Shown here one piece after another: positions 26,046 to 38,756 of a stretch of DNA of 64,000 bases; the first letter of the stretch is position 1, and every line of letters begins with the position of its first letter. Origin of the DNA: Eledone cirrhosa (lineage: Eukaryota); the NCBI GenBank assembly GCA_964016885.1, contig CAXHJY010000795.1, positions 25,062-89,061 on the forward strand. The letters are read 5' to 3'. Below the pieces are notes generated by a model. That model worked only from the letters and a program-made list of their open reading frames with translations, made no database searches and was not told the DNA's origin. Made by a program: the position numbers and the translations under genes.

Positions 26046-28773
26046 AAAACAATAACAATATTGAAGCGCCATGGCTTAGTAGTTAGGGTGTTGGATTAAT
26101 GATCATAAGATCATGGTTTCATTTCTCAGACCAAGAGGTGTATTGCATCCTTGGGAGAAGCACATTATTTTATGATGCTCTGGAGCACTCAGCTGAAAAG
26201 GAGTACCAACAACAGTAGCAGCTGGAAGTTACCCTGGCAACATATTCCCAGTCTTGCATCTTGCTGGCATACGTTTCTACAGTCTACTATGTGCTCAGAG
26301 TATCCTTCCCATTTTTTAAAGATGGTAGTGTTTGATTTGAGGGAAATTTTGCTGTAATTTCTATCATCATACCATACTTTATGAAATGAGGATAAGCTCC
26401 ATCTTGTGGAGCCCTTTCTGAACAGACATTAGAACAATGATGAAGAACGACATGTTATCATCACCATCATGTAATATTCATTCACCCTGCTATTGAGGGA
26501 TGGATGGGTCTTCAAAGACTCAGTACACAAGCAGAGCTACTAACCCCTCAGATGGGCTGGGGGCTTGTACCTTGCCAGCATACATTTCTGCATTCTAACA
26601 AGTGCTCAGAATATCCTTCCTTTTTTTTTTTTTTTGTTTAACAGGGTAATATTTTATTTGAGAGAGATTTGTCTGTTATTTCTACCATCATGCCATGTAG
26701 AAGCTCCTTAAATACAGGAATATTTTTCTATAGAATGTAATATTTTGCAAAGTAATATTTCTCAAATGATTATTCTCTTGAAAGCATTTATTAAGTTAAA
26801 ATCTATTTACAAAATGAAATCACTTTTGATGCTCCCACCTTAAGAGACATGATAGACCAAAGAAAAGATTATGTTCTTTTATACACAGGGCTAGACTTTC
26901 AACTGCTGTGGCTCTAAGCTGTATGAAATTTGAGGTCCTTCTCTAAAAAGTTTGGGTAAAAATCTTTTAATAATTATACCTGATTATTATTTATTAATGA
27001 CTTGCTGAGGTACCTGGCTTCGCCTGGGAGAACAGAGAAAATGACTGTATTGAATGTGTTGTCTGGTATGATGTGGGACTGCAATGTTTGTGTGTGCGTG
27101 TATGAGAGTGTGTGTGAGAGAGACAAAAAAAACAATCATAAAACTTCCTTATTATTTAACTGCCGATTAAACAGTAGTGTTGGTCTTGGATTTTAAATGT
27201 GAAATAACCATAGTCAGTATGATCTTTTTCAGTTCCAAAGGACGTCATCTGAAACACAGCAACATACTGCATAACATTGCTTCTGAAGTGTTTCTTCGTT
27301 AGTATGGTCTGTAAGCAGTATATAGATAAAAGCTGGAGGGTAAATTAATTTCAAATAGTATCAATTTTTCTTTGTTCTGTAAAATCAAAGATTGTAAAAC
27401 AAGTTTATAAAAGCTAACACAATATTGTTAAACCTTCCTATAGATTCAAAGGATCTATAGTTTAAGCTGTTTCTAGACTTTTGTGGGACATTACTCTCTC
27501 TCTGAATATCTAACACTGTAATTGTATCTCTCTCTATATAACGGCCTATCTCTCTCTTTCTGCCTCTCCCTCTGTGTCTCTCTCTCTTTAGATGTGTGTG
27601 TATGTGTAGTTTTCAGACGATTCAACCAACCAACCAATAAACATCTTTCTTTTATATTATATATAGATTAATAACATTAACATTTTTGATGATTTAGTGT
27701 TAAAGAATAAAAACTAATGACAAAATAAGAATGTATTTTAAAAATGAGGCCCCTTTGGATGTGTGGCCCTAAAATATAGCTTATTTAGCTTATAGGTAAG
27801 TCCAGCACCGTCGATACCTTCCCCAAGGGGCAGCTGCTCTCCATTGCAGACATTTTTCTATGTCTCTGACCAGACAGTATAGTAGAAAATATTTGTCCAA
27901 AATTCAGCTCAGTTGAATTGAATACAAAACAAAACAAGTAGTCGTGAAATAAACTTCTTAACCTCACAGCCATAACCTGAATCAAACCAAAGGTATGTGA
28001 AAAACTAATGAAATGTTTGAAGAGTACTGGCTGGTTGAATATTGCTTTGCAATATTAGTTCTGGTTCTCTGTTCCCTGAGTTCAAATCCTACCAATTCTC
28101 TGCCTTTACTGAACCCTTCAATCTTAAATAGTGACAAATTGGCAGAATCATTAGAACATCAGATAGAATGCTTTGTGTTATTTGCTTCAGCTCTCTGCTC
28201 TCTGACTTCAAACCACACCAAGGCCAACTTTGCTTTTCATCCATTTGAGGTCGATAAAAAAGCTATCAGTCTAATACTGGTGTTGATTTTTCCTCTATAT
28301 CTCTTTCTCACTTTCTATCTATCTCTGGAAGAATTCTGCTGTGGTCATACCCGAAGAGGAACAGGCTCTGCCAGGCTTTAAAAGATGTCCAAAAAATGCT
28401 GTATACCACTACAGTGCCCCAATGACTCCATCAGGAGTTACAAGGCCATACCATGCTATTATGAAATTAATTTAAAAAATCCCAATTCAGAAGTGTGTGA
28501 AGTCATCATATTGTATGAATACACGTAGTTTAGTGTTTAAGGTGATTGATGATCACAATCGTATGGTCAAGATTTCAGCTACCTTGAGCAAGAGGCCTCA
28601 TTTCATATTACTCCAGTCCACTCAGCTGGTAAAAATAAGGGCCAGCTTTGTGAGAGACATTCTAATCAGGTCCTGTATTGTACCCTCATAGAAAGAGGTG
28701 AAAAGGATATCTCAAGATGAATTGGCAGCAGAAAAAGTATCCGGACCTGAAACCCATCAACAAAAGTTGGAAT

Positions 28774-29010
28774 GATGTATTGATAGATGCAACTGACTGT
28801 GGTCATTGGAGTACTTTGGCTGCCTCATGTATTTTAAGACACAGGATGTATTGATAGATGCAACTGACTGTGGTCATTGGAGTACTTTGGCTGCCTCATG
28901 TATTTTAAGACACAGGATGTATTGATAGATGCAACTGACTGTGGTCATTGGAGTACTTTGGCTGCCTCATGTATTTTAAGACACAGGATGTATTGATAGA
29001 TGCAACTGAC
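28774..29010. repeat. 70-bp perfect tandem repeat, ~3.4 copies
   Basis: GATGTATTGATAGATGCAACTGACTGTGGTCATTGGAGTACTTTGGCTGCCTCATGTATTTTAAGACACAG repeated. Confidence 0.9.
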
Positions 29011-29659
29011 CATCTCAAAACACAGGAGCTTCTATGTCTAAGTAAGCCTTATCACCGAAAAGGAATTAAGTGTACACATGTCTGCGGAATATTCAGTCAC
29101 TTGCACACTAATTTTGAAAGCAGGCTATTCCATTGATCAATCAAACAACTGAGACTCAATACATATAATAAACTATTGATCAATTATTCCAGTTGACATC
29201 CAACAGTAAAACAACAGACCAACATTTTTCAACTTATAAGAACTGGGAGTCTATTCCATTGTCATAGCAACATAGGACATTGTTTTTGGACATAACAGGA
29301 GTGTATATGGATATTGGCTCAGAATTTACTACATTAAAGCGCATGTGTGTTTAATAATATAGGGATAGAGATCAGGACACTCACACTTTTTTATTATTAT
29401 ATCAAGCATTAAATTAATATACATCATTGTACTGTAATGTTCTCTTGTGATGTTTTTGCTTGTTTACTTCTCCCCCTCTTTCAGCCTCTCAAAGACACAC
29501 ACACACACACACATATATATATACATATATACATAGACACACACATACCGATATTGGTAGAGAGAAAGAGAGATAAACAACACAGAAACCTAGTAATGGA
29601 ATATAATTTTCCTAATTCCATTAACTGAGATCCAAATGCATACACACATACATACCTAT

Positions 29660-29728
<69 letters not shown>

Positions 29729-29751
29729 TATATATATATATATATACATAT

Positions 29752-29945
29752 ATAGGAAAAAGTATGACCCCGACGGCAGAGCTCAAGTCGTTTCGACGGA
29801 TTTCTGGACAGAAATAGCCGTCGAAACGGCTTGAGCTCTGCCGTCGGGGTCATACTTTTTCCTATTTTCCACTCTACTACCCTAAGTATTGAGTACTCTG
29901 GTGCGTTATGGTCTATCTGGTTCCTTACCACAATTCCTTTGTTAT
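29752..29945 (+). mobile_element. Fold-back pLTR remnant (family P1) with a half-hammerhead
   Basis: ~48-bp inverted arms at 29752-29799 and 29818-29865. GAAACGGC-TTGAGCTCT-GCCGTC matches hammerhead stem III plus a GUC triplet. Confidence 0.7.
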
Positions 29946-29959
29946 ATACATATATATAT

Positions 29960-30263
29960 TTCTACAGCTGGATGCCCTTCCTAACACCAACCTCATTTAC
30001 AGTGAGTGCTGGGTGCTTTTTTTCTGTGGCGCCTACACGTCCACTTTAGAGTGTGGGCTGGGTGCTTTTTTGCCATGGCACCTCCACGACCACTTTTGCA
30101 GTGGAATGATAGGGACCCCAGTCCATTTCTACAGCTGAGTAAACTGGAGCAATCTGAAATAAAGTATCTTGCTCAAGGAAACAACACATCACCCGGTCTG
30201 AGAATTGAACTCACAACCTTTTGATTGCAAGGCCAATGCTCTAACCACTAAGCCATGTGCCTC
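29960..30263 (-). mobile_element. SINE family A lacking its 3' tail
   Basis: Matches 21460-21757. Confidence 0.88.
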
Positions 30264-30741
30264 ATATATACATACACATATATTAAATATTCCTTTGTTT
30301 TATAGAACCATTATTGAGCAGCAAACAATATAATAAACCACTCGATCATCATCACTATTTTCCTTTCATTCTTCCTCCTCCATCCCATCCCACCTTCAAT
30401 TTCCCTCCTTCTTGTTGCACACCCTTTCTTTCCTCCTATACTCATTTCTGTACCTCAATTGCTTTCCCAGCCCTCAAAATTCCTTAATTTTTATTGTCAT
30501 CATTGTTTTGTAAGATTGATTGATCCCTTGCCATGTTGTTGGCAAGGGTTTCCTCTAGTTTGACCCTTCCATATTTGGCACCTCTTCAATACCAATAATG
30601 TAATATGAAGAAGGGATGAATTGGAAAAACACACACACACACACACACATATTATATATGTGTGTATATACTTGTGTATGTGTGTGTATATATATATACA
30701 TATATAATATATATATGTGTGTGTGTGTGTATATCTATCTA

Positions 30742-30774
<33 letters not shown>

Positions 30775-30779
30775 GTGTA

Positions 30780-30830
<51 letters not shown>

Positions 30831-31072
30831 ATAGGGAGATAGATAGATATACACATATATATATATATGTGTGTGTGTATTGTATTTGTAAAGGGTTTTG
30901 GTAATGTTTGTTCTAAGTCTAACCTAATGGAGCAAGATATTTGTGAATATTTCTCAAAGGATTCACAAAAGATGTTATTATGACTATTACCTTGAGAAAC
31001 AAAAAAATATAAGAGAAAAATTATCTTGTTATAGAAATATGACATCTTTTGCCAACAACCCCTTCTTTGCCT

Positions 31073-31142
<70 letters not shown>

Positions 31143-31171
31143 CTCTGACTGTACCCATACATGCACACGCA

Positions 31172-31373
31172 CACGTTCGTCAGCTGAAAAGTTCATAGGC
31201 TGGCCAAGATATTCTCATGGAATGACCAAATGAGGTTTATTTTTCAACATAATTTCTGGAAAAAAAACTATGAAGTTATTAATAAGAAGAGTTGAAATTA
31301 ATGCACACAAGATTTCACAGCTCTAGCAGCACTCTTTCATAGTAAGCCTATGAGCTTTTCAGCTGACCATGGT
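31172..31373. mobile_element. Mariner-type MITE (family M1)
   Basis: GTCAGCTGAAAAGTTCATAGGCT / AGCCTATGAGCTTTTCAGCTGAC. Confidence 0.85.
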
Positions 31374-31667
31374 ATATATATGGATAAAATGTTATTAACT
31401 GTGACTTTAAAAAAACTACAGCTGCCACTCACAATTGAGCTTGACTTGGTAGTATATACCATGTTTCTTTTGCTCGGGGTTTATTTTAGGTGATCATGTT
31501 GTTGTGAGCAGATATATGATAGATGCCCTCTCTCCTTTGAGTCAGTGGAACATCCACCATGTGACAGCTGGTAGGAAAGTGTGGGCTGCACCAGAACTTG
31601 GCTCGTACTTTCTTTATCGACTCCAAAAGCATGAAACGCAAAAATAGATCCCGTCCGGATTTAATCT

Positions 31668-31775
31668 CAAATAGTAGAGACCCTGAAACAAATAGTAGAG
31701 ACCCTGAAACAAATAGTAGAGACCCTGAAACAAATAGTAGAGACCCTGAAACAAATAGTAGAGACCCTGAAACAA
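31668..31775. repeat. 21-bp tandem repeat x5 inside a decayed SINE B
   Basis: CAAATAGTAGAGACCCTGAAA x5. Confidence 0.92.
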
Positions 31776-32239
31776 AAATCTGACTTTCTAACGATTCTGC
31801 TAAATCAACTGCCTTACTAATTGAGATGAGTAAGATCATTATTGAATTTAGTTTGCCGTTCTTTAAAGAATGTAGAGTGTAGATATTATTTAAAGCCTTG
31901 TAAACCTTGTAAGCCTTACAATAGGTCACACTGCTTGCACAGATTCCCTTGACTCTGGTCCTATCCAATTCTATAACCCTAACCTTAATTAAGTCTGCAG
32001 AAAAGTAGTAATTCCACATTCCATGTTAGTTGTCATTGAGCAAAAGACATACATATAGCTTGGTCAAAACAATGCTCTGCGTTAGTTTATTAAAACTTTT
32101 ACTTAATATATGTTTTATCTTCATCATTGAATGGACATCTATCAGTGTCATTGATAAGTGTTCCAGTTGTTTGATCAATAAAACAGCCTTCTCATAAATG
32201 AACATAAGTGGCCGAGCATTCCACATTAAATTAGAAAGT

Positions 32240-32480
32240 TCAGGGAGATTCAGTGTGACACAGTGTATGACAAAGCTTGGCTTTTGAATTACAATATATC
32301 ACTGAATAATAGCTGTTCTAGGTGTCAACCTCAGGGAGATTCAGCATGACACAGTGTATGACAAAGCTGGCCTTTTGAATTACAATATATGACAGTATAA
32401 TGGCTGTTCTGATGACCTTAACATAATTCTCAGGGAGATTCAATGTGACACAGTATATGATGGGGCAGGCCTTTTGAAAT
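32240..32480. repeat. Three diverged ~90-100-bp direct repeats
   Basis: TCAGGGAGATTCA..TGACACAGT.TATGA..GCC/GCTTTTGAA at ~32240, ~32331 and ~32430. Confidence 0.75.
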
Positions 32481-33758
32481 ATAGATACAGTCTATACAGC
32501 AGGTTTCCAAACAGTTTCCCTCCACCAAATTTCACTCAAAAGGCTTATGTTGACCTGAGGCCATGAAAAATAGCTTTTATCCAAGATGCCATACAGTGGG
32601 ATTAAACCTGGGACCTAATGATAGAGAAGCAAACTTCATAACTCTTCAGCCATGTTGCCTTACTGTTATACCATTAAAGAATTACCATCATACATCTATT
32701 TTTCCATGCTTGCATGGGTTAGATGGGTTGTCATGTTATGAGACAAGTCAGGTCCGCAGACTACATCTTGCTCACATGGATTTGTATTTTGGCTTGGTTT
32801 CTACAGTTGATGCCCTTTCTAACACCAACCACATTACAATGTGGACTGGGTGATTTTTATCATGGATGCTAAAATAATGATTTGATTTAGGTACAGGGCC
32901 AGCAATTTAGGGAAACGATGAATATATCAACCAAAATATTTGACTGATACTTTATTTTATCAACTTTGGAAAGATGAAAGGCAGTTGACCTCAGAATATC
33001 AAAAGCCAGAACAAATATGGCTCAGTATTTGTCTGAAGCTCTAACAATTTTGCTAATCCACCACTCTGCCATTAAATAATGGAAGAACACATTATAGTCC
33101 AACATACTTTTGAAAAGATGTGACAGACGGTCACAGTTGTGATGTCTTTGATCATGGGTTTTCTTTATCAGAGTTGACCTCTGCAGCTAAACAACAACAA
33201 CATATTTTTCAGTAATGCCAGGGCATTAGCTCTTGCCTAAGATTTTAATGGAATCTCTTAGGCAGAACTTAAATTTATGAACACTGCCCTATATACTATG
33301 TAGCCACATTTAGCCAGTTTCTATTATCCTACAGTGCTATATAATAGTTCCATATTATCTTCATTACCTTTATCTGCAGTATGTTACTCAAAATCTATAA
33401 CGTGTGTTGTTTGTTTCATTCTTCCATACTCTACTAATAGAAATTCTGCAAGTATGTAGCTGGTTATTGTAAAATTGATTAAAAGATGTTTATCTGCTGG
33501 ACTGGAAGCTGTTTATCCATCAGACTGGTTATTACACTCCTCAATAATATTATCTTCGATTTGTTAAAAGTATTTTCAAAGAAATTAGATAAGTTTTGAG
33601 CAAATCAGCCTTTGCTTTTGTTTCTATATTTACAGCATCTGAGCCTGTAGCATAGTTAAAGGAGAAGAGAAAAGAATATCTCTATTTTTGGCATTGATAT
33701 TGAATTCTCGCGTAGGTATAAATAAATCAATTGGAAAAACTAGATATTGAGACGATGT

Positions 33759-34469
33759 TAACCTTTTCGATAGCAAACTACCTGAAACCACTCTGCCCCC
33801 CCCCCCCCCCCCAGTTCTATGATACAAAATTGTTTGTTTTAAAGTAGTTATATTTATCTAAAAATACTCCATCATAATTATTGTAAGAACCTTTGTTAAG
33901 TTATGTTCCAAACACCAGATAAATAACAAGTTAATTATATTACTAAATCCTTTAAAATTATCGATTGCTTTCAAAGTTATTTAAAAATCATAGGCAGTGT
34001 TTTTCAATATAAATATGGTAATAAAATGGTTAAAACTTTCCCAAGAAGATTAAAAATACAGGTGAACTGAAATCATTACAAATGACTTAACCTTTTCCTT
34101 ACCATATTTCTAATGAAAGACATTGTCAACATTTTCAAATAATTTAGAAAATAAGTAAGAATTTAGAGAGATTTAGTAATATGAATAACGTCCTTATCAA
34201 TTTGGTGTTTGGGACATAACTTACATAAACTTATGATGGATGGTTTTTAGATAAATATAATATTCATATGTATATATGGATTAATATACATACATTATCT
34301 CAGTGTGTCATAAGAAGTGAATAAAAGCATTGGTAATAGGAAAGGCATTCAGTTGTAAAACATTTACTTCATAAAGTCTTGTCCAACCCATGCCAGCATG
34401 GAAAAGTTGACATAAAAGCAATGATGAGGATGAGAAATGCTTCAGGCAGTTTACTGTCAAAAGGGTTAA
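33759..34469. mobile_element. Two adjacent TTAA-flanked MITEs
   Basis: TTAACCTTTTCGATAGC..ATAAAATGGTTAA (33759-34033) and TTAACCTTTTCCTTACC..AAAGGGTTAA (34088-34469). The interiors are related and in opposite orientation. Confidence 0.55.
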
Positions 34470-34928
34470 CCCCATGACTGTCTAGCTCCTTAACTTTTCA
34501 CAATTTCTATATTGAGTTCCTAGACCAAATTTGCAAAACTTTTTTTTTTTTTCAAAATATTATTTTGTGTCTGTAAATCCTTGGTTTGTAACCTGGATCC
34601 ACAAAAATCACAGAAATTCTTGCTAACAAAAATGATGGTGGTGTTGATGGTTGTGGTGGTGTTCATAATCATAATGATGGTGTATCTCATGATGATAATG
34701 ATGATGGTTGTAGTGGTGGTAATGTTTGTGGTGATTGTAATGGTTGGTACTTATGGCAGTCATAATGTGAGACCAGGGAGACAACAAATCAGGATAGTAC
34801 ACCTCAAAAAGGGTTGCTGAATACAAGCTGAACCTGCTAGGAGTCAGGAGCAGATTTACAGATTTAAAAATTCCTATTTTTTTTATTTATTTTTTTTTTT
34901 GACGTCCACTTTTCCCTGCTTGCACCTA

Positions 34929-35011
<83 letters not shown>

Positions 35012-35014
<3 letters not shown>

Positions 35015-35150
35015 CGAAGGAATTGTGGTAAGGAACCAGATGGACCATAACACACCAAAGTACTCAATACTTAGGGTAGTAGAGTGGGTAATAGGAACAA
35101 GTATGACCCCGACGGCAGAGCTCAAGCTGTTTCGACGGCTATTTCTGGAC
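35012..35150 (-). mobile_element. pLTR remnant (family P1), single arm
   Basis: Reverse complement of ~29810-29945. Confidence 0.7.
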
Positions 35151-35260
35151 TAAAAAAAAAATATATATATATATAATTAAGAATAGTTTTCTGAGGGGGA
35201 TTGGGAAGAAACCACATTTAAATAAGATACTCAATACATTAGTAGAGAAGATATTTATTA

Positions 35261-35371
35261 CATATAGAAATGACTTTCACAAGACTAGAACTGTTTCATT
35301 CATTTAAAATCATCAATGATTTCTTCAAATGAATGAAACAGATCTAGTCCTGTAGAAGACATTTCTATATG
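35261..35371. repeat. Fold-back element with a GTTTC/GAAAC core
   Basis: CATATAGAAATG..ACTAGAACTGTTTCATTCATTT / AAATGAATGAAACAGATCTAGT..CATTTCTATATG. Confidence 0.7.
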
Positions 35372-35857
35372 AAATACTGCAAATTGAATATGTTACATTC
35401 ACTCAATGAAACACATATTGCATTTCTCTGTGTCATGTCTTCATTGTAGTAGTGAATTTAAAGCATTAAACCAATGTTTCTTCATTGTACTGTATTGTTT
35501 GCTTTGTTATATCTGTTTACGTTTTGCATATATATATGCAAATAGATATATATCCAAATAGATAGTAAAATACACTAGAATTTAGTTCTTAATCTAAGCC
35601 ATCTTAGTAAAAAATTTTTACCTATATCTGAATCAGTCTGATGAAACAAAAGCACACAGACAGACACACAGCGAACCCAACACAAACACTAAAAACAAAA
35701 ACAAAAATGCCTCAAAATGTATCATAGGTTTCAAGTTTCAGATTCAAGTTCAAGTAAGTTGTAGAAGTATCATTAAAATGAAATAATCTGATAGTTCATC
35801 ATTGCTAGACAGACAAGACATTACGACAACAACAGTGATAATAATAATAATAATAAT

Positions 35858-36038
35858 AATAATTGTTTCTACTTTTGGCAGAAGGTCAGCAATTATCTCA
35901 GTGTATTACTGGTACTTTATTTTATCGACCCCGTAAGGATGAAAGGCAAAGTTAACCTCAGCGGGATTTGAACTCAGTCCGTAAAGGGACGTAACTGTGC
36001 TGCAAAGCATGGAATCCGACCCTCTACTGATACTGCCA
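35858..36038 (-). mobile_element. SINE family B
   Basis: Matches the family B consensus, with an (ATT)n tail. Confidence 0.85.
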
Positions 36039-36284
36039 AATGATAACAATAGTAATACTGAGGTTTATGTTTGATTTCAGTTAATTAACAACTGCAAATC
36101 ATTTCTTGTCCGGCATTAAACAAATGAAAAACAATAGCGGATCTTTTATTATAAATTAGTGAAAATGTAGGTCTTACTTATTCCCCCCACAGACACACAC
36201 AGACACAGTCATACCCCTCACATTAACTATTTCTCTTTCTCTCTTTTACATTCATTAAATCGTCTCGTTAAAGGTGTTTCTAAT

Positions 36285-36430
36285 GTTACTCACGTCAACT
36301 TAAGAACTTTTGCTAGAAAAAAAAAAAAAAGAACAGAAGATATTAAGAATCACATTAAAAAGGTGTTAAACACTAACCAATAACCAATTAAGGATCAGAA
36401 CTTAAAAAGACCAATAGCACCAATAGAAAT
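36285..36430 (+). promoter_or_regulatory. Candidate Pol II promoter: four CCAAT boxes plus a CRE-like site
   Basis: CCAAT at 36377, 36384, 36411 and 36420, and CACGTCA at 36291, in repeat-free DNA. Confidence 0.35.
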
Positions 36431-36917
36431 TCTGCAGGAAATGGAGCTTTTGTTATAATGAGCTTGCCGACATTGATGTATAAGACTAAAGAACTGTAAA
36501 TCTTTCTCTTACACTTATGATCAGTAGGTTAATTACTTTAAAACATTTCCTCTACTTTTACAAGCAGCTAGCTTAATCATCATGAATAACCTCATAGTAA
36601 CCTTCTGTTGGAATTGTGCAAAATAATGATGGAAATCCTTAGGCGATTCTTTCTTTGCAATCAATTCTCTTATATTTCTTGTAGTTAACAAATATCTTAC
36701 TCATAGTCTTGTAATTATAATATCTTAGAATTGAAGATAAAATTCAGATTAAAATTGTTTCACTGGCATGGTTGTGTGGTTAGTGTTTGTTTTACAACCA
36801 TGTGGTTTTAGTTTCAATCCCACTGTACAGCATTGTGTATAAGTTTCTTCTACTGTAGCCCTGGGTTGACTTTTGTTTTGTGAGTGTAAAATTTACTAAA
36901 TAGAAACTGTAGAAGCT

Positions 36918-36989
<72 letters not shown>

Positions 36990-37031
36990 GAGGTTCTTTT
37001 AAAAAAAGAGATGTCCCACAATGGGTGAAAC

Positions 37032-37240
37032 TATAAGGAAAAGAAATTGAAAATGCAACTGGAGTCTTTTAAGAATATTTATTTATTTACTGTACCGGTT
37101 TCAGATGCGCGACAAACCACAACAGAAACACGAACCCTCCATCTCAATTTTACTTATGAAAATCAAAAGAACTGTGAAACTGGTAAATGAATAAATATTC
37201 TTAAAAGACTCCTGTTGCATTTTCAATTTCTTTTCCTTAT
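37032..37240. repeat. Fold-back element (Penelope-like pLTR remnant)
   Basis: ~60-bp arms TATAAGGAAAAGAAATTGAAAATGCAAC..ACCGGTTTCA / TGAAACTGGT..AATAAA..GTTGCATTTTCAATTTCTTTTCCTTATA. Confidence 0.7.
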
Positions 37241-37434
37241 ATATATATAAAGAAATGTGCTAGCAGCTAAAGTGTATTATAAAGTTATATCCATATAAAT
37301 ACAGAGTGTGTAACCGAGACTACAACCATGTAAACATGCCAGAAAATACAAATTTTATATTAAAATGTGTATATTTACGTACACATTGTTGCAGTCTCAA
37401 TTACCCACACTATACTTATACTGATATAATTTTA

Positions 37435-37474
<40 letters not shown>

Positions 37475-38686
37475 CATCATCATTGTTTAACGTCCATTTT
37501 CTATGCTAGAATGGGTTAGACGAGCTGTCATGTTTTGAGACAAACCAGGTCAAATGACCATGTATTGCTCACACAGAACTGATTTTGGTTTGGTTTCTTC
37601 AGCTGGATGCTCTTCCTATTGTCAACCACATTTACAGTGTGTACTCGGTGCTTTTTTTGTGACACCTACACAACCACTTTACCATGTGAACTGGGTGCTC
37701 ATTGAGGCATGAAAATGACCACTTTATAATGTGAATTAGGGACTCAGGTGGAGGAGGTACATAGTAATTGGTGAGGTAGATCTAGGGGTGGAGTGCTAGG
37801 GAATATATATGAAATTTTGTTTTTAGCTCAATTAATAAGTTTGATAAGCTGATTGTTGATGGCATTGGGTCGATAACACAAATATGGACCTTCAGCCAAC
37901 CAACTGTGAAACGTCGATACTCAGTTAAAATGTTCTTGTGAAACTTTGTCTTGTTATACATTATATATGTGTGTATGTGTGTGTGTGTTTATGTATATAT
38001 ATGTATGTATATATACATATATATGTATTCATCTCTTTATTGGTGAAACACGTGTAAGATAAATACAATGTCTTAAATTTCATCATCTTGTTTTCTATCC
38101 ATTACTCTGTGTGTGTGCTCATTCCTATGTTTATGTTTGTCTTAGTTGGTTCAACAAAAAAGAGACTGATAAAAAATAAGTATGAGTCTTCAAAAAATAA
38201 GAACTGGGGCATGGGGTTTGATGTGATCAATTAAATCAAAGAAGTCATCAAGTCTTCACAAACCAGACAAAAAGATAAAACAATATTTGCATTTAAAACC
38301 AGTAAAAAGATAAAACAATATTTGCATTTATTTTCTCATGTGTGTATGGTTTGGATATATTTAGAAATTTATTAAGTAATAGATATTTATTTACAACAGA
38401 AGATATATTATAAAATCTAAAATATATTTACTGTGGATAACCCTTGCTAAATGGATGTTAAATGATGTTACTTACATTTGCATATTACAAGCCTTGCTGT
38501 AAAAAATGAACAAGTGTAAATACACTTCAATCTCTTTCTACACAGATAAACATAAGAGACTGCTTTTGCTTGTTTCACTGGTAATAGGTTGTTCATTGGA
38601 AGCTAATACCCTTATCATTCCTCCATTTCCATTAATCTTTGTTGTTGTTCATATTATTATTATAATGTATACATACAAACACCCCC

Positions 38687-38753
<67 letters not shown>

Positions 38754-38756
<3 letters not shown>

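Noticed and set aside
28774-29010. CRISPR-like array (also 31668-31775, 25257-25778, 43900-44157)
   Set aside because: Units are contiguous tandem repeats without unique spacers, there are no cas genes, and the context is eukaryotic.
31486-32019. 177-aa ORF with VSGSLLF repeats
   Set aside because: It arises from the 21-bp tandem repeat inside a decayed SINE.
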